This document shows positions 57,095 through 64,000 of a stretch of 64,000 bases of DNA, piece by piece (positions within the stretch are counted from its first letter, which is position 1; every line of letters starts with the position of its first letter). The stretch lies in IMG/VR virus record IMGVR_UViG_3300045391_007423. One strand, given 5' to 3'. This DNA comes from an uncultured virus (IMG/VR IMGVR_UViG_3300045391_007423). Its lineage: Duplodnaviria > Heunggongvirae > Uroviricota > Caudoviricetes. The notes below the pieces were generated by a model. The model was given only the letters and a program-made list of their open reading frames with translations. It searched no databases and was not told the origin of the DNA. The translations under genes were made by a program, and so were the position numbers.

Positions 57095-57628
57095 ATGGAT
57101 CAGCAGTCTATTGAGGTCGGAGGGACAAACCAGCGTCCCTCCATTCCAATGGGGTATCACTCCTACGAGGATGGATCAGTCCTGGCCTGGCTGGAGACCC
57201 TTCCTGGAGTCTCTGGTGGAATTGTACGAGCCGATTCTCTTCCCAGATTGTGTCATGGCATGATCTGGTTGATGGATCGTCTCTTTCTCACGGAGCAGCG
57301 TCGTCGTGAAGAGATGATCGCGACCGATACGTTTGGAGATGAACTGCAATGGGCGTGGGTTGGGATTAAAGAGCAGAACAAACTGCTGGTATACATCACC
57401 TCGATCCCCAAATTTGGGATCTACTTTCTCTCTGATGCGCAGATGGCCCAGTGGTTCTCCGAGCTACTCAGACTGACCCTTCAGATCCACCAGGCTCAGC
57501 CGGTCTATCTTCCCAATAGTGAGCCAGCACACTGCCCAGAATGTCAGCAGGCTATTGCCTGGCGACGAGTTGATGGGATGGCAATCTTTGCTGTTCCTTG
57601 CGGCCACCGCCTCGGTACCGCTCTATAG
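57095..57628 (+). CDS. Hypothetical protein with C-terminal Zn ribbon
   Basis: CPEC...PCGH. Confidence 0.6.
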   Translation: MDQQSIEVGGTNQRPSIPMGYHSYEDGSVLAWLETLPGVSGGIVRADSLPRLCHGMIWLMDRLFLTEQRRREEMIATDTFGDELQWAWVGIKEQNKLLVYITSIPKFGIYFLSDAQMAQWFSELLRLTLQIHQAQPVYLPNSEPAHCPECQQAIAWRRVDGMAIFAVPCGHRLGTAL

Positions 57629-57648
57629 CAATAGAAAGGAAGGGAGGT

Positions 57649-58569
57649 ATGGGTGTTAAAATCTATACCCTTGGCTATGCACAGCAAGGATCAGCAGAGC
57701 GCCTTCAAACATTGATGCATGATCCCAGTATGTTGCTCATAGACGCTCGCATGCATCCCAGAACCAGCTATCAGCCATGGGACGGTCATACACTCAAGGC
57801 TGTATGGGGAAGGCGCTATCACTGGGCTGGCCGCTATCTGGGAAACATCAATTACAAGGGAGGTCCAATCAACATTGTTGATATAGATACTGGCGTTCAT
57901 GGGTTAGGACGCTACCACGATGAGGGACATTCTCAGGTGATCATTTGTGGCTGCAAAAACTACGACGAGTGCCATCGCAGCCATATTGTGGAGGCTCTCC
58001 ATAAGGCACGACCAGATATTGAGATTGTTTTAGAAGAGCCTCCATCAGAAGTCCAGGAGAAGCCGTCTAAAGGAGACGTTGTAGTAACAGTCCCGCTGTC
58101 CTTTGGGCTTGATCGGTGGATTGAAGAAGGTGATCCGGTTGGTGAGAAGTGGTCAGGAGAGGAATGGCACTTCTACTTATCGGGGCCTCGCCCAAAGATA
58201 CAAGCAGGAGATCGGGTGTACGTGATCTACAATGGGGTGCTTCGTGGATATGCCCCACTTGTTCGTATTGATGCAACAGATAACGGTGGATATGGCCTGG
58301 TTCGACACGGCAATGCTCAGGCAGTGACGATCCCTGAGTATATCCGAGGGTTTAAAGGCTGGCGCTATCGCTGGTGGGATCGAAGTCAAGAAGTCTCCTT
58401 CCCCAATTGGCAAGATCCCGAGGCACTGCCTGCCGGTGTTACACGTCCAGCCCCCTCAAAAAAGAAAACTCATGATGAACAAGCGATAGAGCAAGGGATG
58501 CGTAATATTGCCCATGCATTTGGTATTTCTCCGCAAAGTTTCTATCGTGATTTTGAAGATATTGGTTAA
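57649..58569 (+). CDS. DUF488-like domain fused to ASCH/PUA-like domain
   Basis: IYTLGY...LIDAR..P...LGN...C.C....CHRSHIV; then PKIQAGDRVYVIYNG.LRG...GFKGWRY. Confidence 0.65.
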   Translation: MGVKIYTLGYAQQGSAERLQTLMHDPSMLLIDARMHPRTSYQPWDGHTLKAVWGRRYHWAGRYLGNINYKGGPINIVDIDTGVHGLGRYHDEGHSQVIICGCKNYDECHRSHIVEALHKARPDIEIVLEEPPSEVQEKPSKGDVVVTVPLSFGLDRWIEEGDPVGEKWSGEEWHFYLSGPRPKIQAGDRVYVIYNGVLRGYAPLVRIDATDNGGYGLVRHGNAQAVTIPEYIRGFKGWRYRWWDRSQEVSFPNWQDPEALPAGVTRPAPSKKKTHDEQAIEQGMRNIAHAFGISPQSFYRDFEDIG

Positions 58570-58587
58570 AAAGGAAAGGAACACATA

Positions 58588-58971
58588 ATGAATACGAAGA
58601 AGAATGCTACCCTTCAGGATCTGGTTAATGAAATGATGAATCAACGCACTCCAACAAAAGTGTGTCTCTGTGGTTCAACCCGCTTCTCTGAGGCGTTTAA
58701 ACAGGCCAATTTGAGTGAGACCCTCAAGGGGAATATTGTCTTATCGATCGGTTGTGATACAAAGTCTGATGAGGAACTGGCAGCCGCTGGTATCGTCTTT
58801 GATGAGAAGCTCAAAAAGAAGTTAGATGTTCTGCATCTGCATAAGATCTGGATGGCTGATGTAGTACTGATACTCAACGTAGATGGCTATATTGGGGAGT
58901 CCACACGTCGTGAGATCGAATTTGCGACTCGAATGGGCAAGACCATTCGCTATCTGGAGCCTCTTCAGTAA
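58588..58971 (+). CDS. Nucleoside 2-deoxyribosyltransferase-like (DUF4406-like) protein
   Basis: LCGSTRF...H..KI.MAD.V..LN.DGYIGEST..EI.FA...GK.I.YLE. Confidence 0.7.
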   Translation: MNTKKNATLQDLVNEMMNQRTPTKVCLCGSTRFSEAFKQANLSETLKGNIVLSIGCDTKSDEELAAAGIVFDEKLKKKLDVLHLHKIWMADVVLILNVDGYIGESTRREIEFATRMGKTIRYLEPLQ

Positions 58972-58990
58972 AACAGTGAAAAGAAAAGGA

Positions 58991-59025
58991 AAGGGTGCAC
59001 CTCCGAGAAAGAGGGCACCCTTTTT
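58991..59025. terminator. Bidirectional terminator
   Basis: AAGGGTGC...GCACCCTTTTT. Confidence 0.75.
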
Positions 59026-59038
59026 GTCTGTATGGTTA

Positions 59039-59395
59039 TTATTTAAAGCGACGTGCGTTTCGTTTAAAACGATCCATATCTGGACGATCTTCACTCTCTG
59101 CCTGTGCTGGTTGCTGTTGTGGCGTTACTGCCATGAGTGGCATTTGTCCGGCCATCAATTGCAGATACCGTGGATCTGGAAACCAGAGCCAGGGACCCTG
59201 TGTATTGCCTGCCAGCTTTTGATAGCGATCATCAAGCAGTGCACCAATGAACTGGCCTGGATAGCGATAGCGTGAGTTTGCCTTTAGATCTTTGAGCAAT
59301 GCTTGATGGGTGATTGATCCTTCCTCAAAGCCGACACGATAGTAGATGATACCATCCTCTGAAGAGGACAGATCACCAGGAAGCTTCTTTCCCAT
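59039..59395 (-). CDS. ParR-like adaptor (by position)
   Basis: Small protein directly downstream of parM; flexible C-terminal tail. Confidence 0.55.
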   Translation of the reverse strand: MGKKLPGDLSSSEDGIIYYRVGFEEGSITHQALLKDLKANSRYRYPGQFIGALLDDRYQKLAGNTQGPWLWFPDPRYLQLMAGQMPLMAVTPQQQPAQAESEDRPDMDRFKRNARRFK

Positions 59396-59412
59396 GGACC
59401 TGTCCCTCCTTT

Positions 59413-60516
59413 CTACATCGCCATTTCAGATCGGACATCTTCCAGGAGCATGTATGCCTGGGTCGCATACCCTTCCGCATTCTTCCACTCAGGCTGTTTG
59501 GGAACTATAAAATGGGGAAGAATTGTATGAAGCGTTTCCTGAAAGAAGTAGGGGCCACCACCATCTACATTTACTTCATCGAACGTGGTCGCGGCAAGAC
59601 CACTATCGCTATCCTTCCAGGATTTGACAATAAACTCATTAATATCGTTGCCTACCAATGTTTGCGCTTGACGTGCCCACTGGCGAATTTTATTTATGGG
59701 GATCGCCTCTCCGTTGACTGTAATCTTAGGGAAGCTTCTATTATCATAGGCCAGAGCCATTAGAATAGCATCACGCTGATATGGCGAGAGAACCATATCC
59801 GTTTGATACTCACGTTGTACCCAATCCTGAACTTGATCGACAATTTTTTCGACCCCCACTTTGTCGGTGCCAACACACCAACGAGCAATCACATTATCAG
59901 GACCAACGACATAGAGATCAACTGTTCGGCTGCCGATGTCAATAGTTCCCTGGGTATTCAGACCCTCTCTGGCAGTGATAATGGTGGCTCCAGCCCCCTC
60001 CTGAAGAACATCAACCTGAGTAATCGCCCGGAAGTATTTTTGTCCATTAAAGGTGAACTCAAAATCGCGGATCAGATTTTTCTTTACCTTATCTATAGCA
60101 CCCCGCGTCCGATATGTCTGAGCTGGCAGACCAGTACAAATGTAGAGTTCCAATTCTTCGTCATCAGGGGCAAGAAGAACAGAGGATGTCAGGATCAGTT
60201 CAATTGAGCGATCAGACCAGTAGCGACCAGGAACCCCAAAACCACTACTTGCATCCTGGGGAGCCTGCCTTACTGCTAACTCACCAACAAAGTGTTCAAC
60301 ACCATTTTGTATGTGAATGGCATATTCGTTCGATTTGAGTCGCTCACTGATCGGTTTTTTCTTGCCATCGCGAGCCTCCTGCTGCAAGATGTATTCGTCT
60401 AATGATCCAGGGACAGTCAGACTGGGGAAGGAGACTCGTTCAAACTTCCCATTAACGAAACTGACTGCCTTTACTCTTCGACTCCCTGTGTCTACTCCAA
60501 TAGTCTTCTTTTTCAT
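59413..60516 (-). CDS. parM: ParM/StbA actin-like partition ATPase
   Basis: GVDTGSRRVK, TGLP, QEGAG, IDIGSRTVD, GGG, NAEGY actin-fold motifs. Confidence 0.9.
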   Translation of the reverse strand: MKKKTIGVDTGSRRVKAVSFVNGKFERVSFPSLTVPGSLDEYILQQEARDGKKKPISERLKSNEYAIHIQNGVEHFVGELAVRQAPQDASSGFGVPGRYWSDRSIELILTSSVLLAPDDEELELYICTGLPAQTYRTRGAIDKVKKNLIRDFEFTFNGQKYFRAITQVDVLQEGAGATIITAREGLNTQGTIDIGSRTVDLYVVGPDNVIARWCVGTDKVGVEKIVDQVQDWVQREYQTDMVLSPYQRDAILMALAYDNRSFPKITVNGEAIPINKIRQWARQAQTLVGNDINEFIVKSWKDSDSGLAATTFDEVNVDGGGPYFFQETLHTILPHFIVPKQPEWKNAEGYATQAYMLLEDVRSEMAM

Positions 60517-60610
60517 CGTTTTTCCTTTCCTTAGAACACATTTTCCTGGGTTTTTCTCTGTGTCGAATGATCATACTCACTAGGTATGATTTAATTGCGA
60601 CCTAGCAGTA

Positions 60611-60639
60611 ACTATACCTACTTTTTCGATACTTGTCAA
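60611..60639 (-). promoter_or_regulatory. Sigma70 promoter of parMR
   Basis: TTGACA-17-TATAGT on the minus strand. Confidence 0.75.
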
Positions 60640-60652
60640 TCCTGTTTGCATT

Positions 60653-60863
60653 GTGCTCGTCGCTAGATGTTATGTAGCTGTGAGCTAGCTGTTACCTGAA
60701 CGGAAAAATAGGGAATGTCTTTGCTGTGCTCGTCGCTAGATGTGAGCTAGCGACGAGCTAGAGCGGAAAATCAAGATGCAACAGCTTTTGGTAACAGCTA
60801 GATGTGAGCTAGCGACGAGCACTAAAAATGTTGCGAACTGATGATAGATTTGCGTCATTTTTA
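60653..60863. repeat. Direct/inverted repeat cluster, parC (centromere) candidate
   Basis: GCTCGTCGCTAG / CTAGCGACGAGC units four times, plus a degenerate fifth 40-bp site at 60824. Confidence 0.65.
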
Positions 60864-61125
60864 GCTGCTCTGCTATACCTGGGATGGGTTTATCGTGGGT
60901 GTTTTTTCCTTTCTCGGATGGTGGGGGAGGGTGCTCTATCCCCCCCTCCCCCACTCTTCGCGTCACCCAAAAAAAGTCTTCGCGTGGGGGTTCGCGTGGG
61001 CACGCGGCAGCCGCGCAAGCGCCACGCCATTGTAGAGCTTATTGCCCACGCGGAAGATGAAGAGACCCCACGCGGAGGTTCTCTGTGCACGAGAGAAGCA
61101 GTATGTACTAAGAGGAGAGATGAGT

Positions 61126-61368
61126 ATGGCGACGAGATATGACTACAAATGTGGGTCATGTGATACGGTCTACGAGGTCAACGTGCCCTCAATGATCAAT
61201 GCCAATCCTGGGGAGACGGTCCCCTGCCCGACCTGTCTGAGACCGATGAGCAGATACTACGGCGCGATGACAGCTCAGGATATGACGATCAATTATGGCT
61301 ACCGGGAACATCGCTACGACAATGAGACAGATCGTGGCATCGCACAGTTCCAGTTCACCAATCTTTAA
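61126..61368 (+). CDS. FmdB-like zinc-ribbon protein
   Basis: YDYKCGSC...CPTC..PMSR. Confidence 0.75.
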   Translation: MATRYDYKCGSCDTVYEVNVPSMINANPGETVPCPTCLRPMSRYYGAMTAQDMTINYGYREHRYDNETDRGIAQFQFTNL

Positions 61369-61413
61369 GATGAGCGGGAAAGAAAGAAACAGTGAGAAAG
61401 AACAGAATATATT

Positions 61414-62301
61414 ATGCATATGCTGGCACTCTATAAACGAGATACTCTCTCCATCCATCGCCGGGTGAAGGCCCCTTTCTCTGTCCTGGCTGAGCGAGGG
61501 CATCGCTTTCACTTTATGCAGGTCCAAAACTTTAGCGGCGGCTTGACCTTCGGGGCTGATGTCACTGTCCTCAACAACTGGATGCTGGGCGAGGAGGAAC
61601 TCCAGGAGCTGGCATCTGTTCGTCATCAGCGAACGATTGTTTGTGACTGCTCTGACCCGGCACTGTTGCATCATGAAGCCTATCGAGCACAGATGCAGCT
61701 TGCTCATCTGGTGACTGTGCCCAATGAATATTTCGCCAAGGAGGCCAGGATCATCACCTCCCATGTGGCGGTCACACCTTCCTGCGTCGATGTAGACTAC
61801 CTCGCCGTCGCGAACCGGCAACCGATGCCACCTAAAGTTACCATTGGTTGTTTCGGTCCCTTTGACTGGTATCTGATCAAGGAGGCAATCATCCGGGTGA
61901 AAGAGCAGCATCCCCACGTAATCTTCCTGGGAGGGGAACATGCCACGAAGGTCCTGGGAGAGGCACTGGTGCTCTCAGTTGACGAGATCCCGACTGACTA
62001 CCGGATGTATCTGCGTGCCTGTCGCTTTGGTATCCTGCCACTTGATGGCGAGACACCCCATGATGATATCTGGAAGCATGAATATGGCATCATGTGTCGG
62101 CCCACGCTTTCTCTCCATGTTGCGCATGCCACTGAGACAGATCGATGGGTCGCAGGCATCAAGCGCTTCCTGATTGATACGGAGAGGGCAAATGCCGGGC
62201 AGGCCGCCTACACAGAAGCCAATGCCTATCGTCCCAAACGCCTGGCTGATCAGTATCTGGCGGTCTATCGCAAAAAGTTGCCCCACTTGCTGATGCTCTA
62301 G
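61414..62301 (+). CDS. GT-B glycosyltransferase-like protein
   Basis: R...PF..L, IVCDCSD, AHLVTVPNEYFA, TPSCVD, IGCFG, GILPL, K.EYG. Confidence 0.65.
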   Translation: MHMLALYKRDTLSIHRRVKAPFSVLAERGHRFHFMQVQNFSGGLTFGADVTVLNNWMLGEEELQELASVRHQRTIVCDCSDPALLHHEAYRAQMQLAHLVTVPNEYFAKEARIITSHVAVTPSCVDVDYLAVANRQPMPPKVTIGCFGPFDWYLIKEAIIRVKEQHPHVIFLGGEHATKVLGEALVLSVDEIPTDYRMYLRACRFGILPLDGETPHDDIWKHEYGIMCRPTLSLHVAHATETDRWVAGIKRFLIDTERANAGQAAYTEANAYRPKRLADQYLAVYRKKLPHLLML

Positions 62302-62575
62302 TATGCTCTCCTGGTGAGAGGAATGGGTGTAGAAGGATACTTCATGGAAGAACGCTGGGGGTTGGGATCATCAGTAGTCCATTTTTGAAGGCATGTCTGT
62401 TTGTTTTTCAGTCCGTCTTACATCCTCTCTCTCCCCTTTCTTTTCTTTTCCTCTTTTCTTCTCCATGTTGCTACTGTTCCTCGGATGAGGGATATCAGAT
62501 GAAACCATTCCACGCTTCTTTTCCTCTCAGTGTTTCATCGTTCCTCTTCTCTTTCCTCTTTCTTGGGAGTCTTCT

Positions 62576-63616
62576 ATGTCAAAGACAGGCATTGCTGGTG
62601 CGATAGGGTTCGCGCACCAGAGTGGCAAGGATCTTGCTCAGACCTCCTCGGTCCTCTATCTTCCGGCAACCTCCGTCGGAATTAACCCGAACCAAAATGC
62701 GCAGACACTCCCGGCTGAAGTCGGAGGGGACTACTTTTTGCGCGGATCGTATAAAGCCAGTGCCATGGGTACTGGTGATATCGCCTTTGTGGCACGTCCT
62801 AATGGACTGGGCCACCTGCTTTTGATGCTCTGTGGTGTTGATACGGTGGTCAATACTTCGGCCAGCGTGTACCAGCACACGATGACTCCATTTGCGGTTG
62901 GCGCTGGTGATCTCCCCTGGTATTCGGTCTTCAAAGATGTCTCGACGGTTCTGGCTGAAGAGTACATCAATACCCGGATACAGTCCCTCAAACTGGATGT
63001 ACCAAAGTCAGGTATCATGACTGGCTCGGCAACGCTGGTTTCAACTGGCTTCTCTGAAATCACTTCCGCCTCTCTTGGTATCAAGACCTTTGATAACTCA
63101 CCACAGTTTCAATCCTGCCTGGCCTCCGTCGATTTTAAAAATGAAGCGACCGGGACAACCATCTCATCTGAGGCGGTCAAAGTCGAACGGGTCTCCATGA
63201 GCTTTGATAATAGCCTGAGCAATGATGAGTTTGCAGTCGGAAGTTTCTTCCTGGAAGATATCACGCTTCAGCAGCGTACTGTTACCGTTGATCTGGATTA
63301 CGTCATTCGCTCACGTGAGATGTATGAGGCAGTGTACTACGGTGGCGCTGGTGATGGTTCTGGAACACAGAGCTGGTCCCCACAGCTCTATCGTGGCAGC
63401 CTGGGTCTGACCATGAATAGTTTAGTCAACATCCCAGGGACAACCACTCCCTACAGTTGCCAGTTTCTTTTCCCTGGCCTGGACTTCATGAGCCTGCCAA
63501 TCTCTCTCTCCGGGGCTGAAGTCGTCCGTGGCACTCTTTCCACACAAATTACTCTTGGCACGTCCGGTGCAGATCGCTTCACCGCGATTTTAACCAATGG
63601 CATTGCCAGCTACTAA
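62576..63616 (+). CDS. Phage tail tube protein
   Basis: IGFAHQSG....Y.P, YQHTMTP, F.N.L...F, ILTNGIASY C-terminus typical of tail tube proteins. Confidence 0.8.
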   Translation: MSKTGIAGAIGFAHQSGKDLAQTSSVLYLPATSVGINPNQNAQTLPAEVGGDYFLRGSYKASAMGTGDIAFVARPNGLGHLLLMLCGVDTVVNTSASVYQHTMTPFAVGAGDLPWYSVFKDVSTVLAEEYINTRIQSLKLDVPKSGIMTGSATLVSTGFSEITSASLGIKTFDNSPQFQSCLASVDFKNEATGTTISSEAVKVERVSMSFDNSLSNDEFAVGSFFLEDITLQQRTVTVDLDYVIRSREMYEAVYYGGAGDGSGTQSWSPQLYRGSLGLTMNSLVNIPGTTTPYSCQFLFPGLDFMSLPISLSGAEVVRGTLSTQITLGTSGADRFTAILTNGIASY

Positions 63617-63639
63617 CCATTCCAAGGAGGAAGAACACG

Positions 63640-64000
63640 ATGGGTGATTTGATCCATGTTCCCTGGAGTGTGGAGTACCCCTATCCGACACCCCCGTCGC
63701 TTTCCTCCACTCCCGCGAGGCTCTTTGCCTCATCTCAATCCGTTGTCCCGGAACCAGAAGAGGAGACATCTTCTCCTGTTCCCCCACACTTCTCCTCTGC
63801 ATCAGAGCCCTCAGATGAGCCTGCATTATCATCTGCCGCCAACCTGGATGAGAAGCAGCACGATGAGCCACGACAGACAGAGCGAGACCACCTCCGCGCA
63901 CACTTGCGCCATTCAATGATTAAAGGACAGAAACCCATGCGTGCACGAACAAAATTTATTGGGGAAGTTGTTGATTTCCCTTCTCCTATTGATAAGACCG
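63640..64000 (+). CDS. Partial ORF after the tail tube (tail assembly chaperone by position)
   Basis: AGGAGG RBS; open to the window end; alternative start near 63937. Confidence 0.45.
   Translation, partial: MGDLIHVPWSVEYPYPTPPSLSSTPARLFASSQSVVPEPEEETSSPVPPHFSSASEPSDEPALSSAANLDEKQHDEPRQTERDHLRAHLRHSMIKGQKPMRARTKFIGEVVDFPSPIDKT

Larger units (their letters stand above)
1..64000. mobile_element. Large tailed phage, probable phage-plasmid (partial genome)
   Basis: TerL, portal, capsid, scaffold, tail tube, endolysin, Rep+DnaC and ParM/ParR; no host core genes or integrase in the window. Confidence 0.9.

Noticed and set aside
1..64000. Diversity-generating retroelement or retron
   Set aside because: No reverse transcriptase motif and no adenine-specific TR/VR pair seen

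Overview
The whole 64 kb window looks like part of one large tailed-phage genome. No host housekeeping genes, integrase or att site are visible, and a ParM/ParR partition cassette plus a Rep/DnaC pair suggest a phage-plasmid. The host is probably Chloroflexota (Ktedonobacteria-like), inferred from recognised protein styles, not from a search. Layout: 0.6-21 kb is a minus-strand head/neck/fibre/lysis block (adaptor, LamG fibre, N4-gp56-type capsid, scaffold, portal, TerL, endolysin) with an embedded Acb2/Tad1-like gene. 21.3-45.8 kb is a mainly plus-strand block of small accessory genes built as leader motif-ORF-hairpin cassettes (two DprA/SLOG, Csx15-like, two MazG-like, XRE regulators). 45.8-48.4 kb is minus-strand and contains a TerS candidate. 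48.6-59 kb covers replication and DNA metabolism (Rep, DnaC, C5 methyltransferase, RusA-like, SLT). 59-61.1 kb holds parR-parM, a repeat cluster and a GC-rich hairpin. 61.1-64 kb starts a plus-strand tail operon. Top findings: (1) a stand-alone phage csx15-like gene heading a hairpin-delimited cassette array (candidate type III anti-CRISPR island); (2) an Acb2/Tad1-like sponge candidate; (3) three independent dispersed DNA motif systems: about 30 copies of AAACASTGA, 11 copies of a GAAGGACGAC leader motif, and a 40-bp 13-14-13 palindrome in 4 well-conserved copies plus 1 degenerate copy. All family assignments come from motif recognition by eye and need HMM or structure confirmation.
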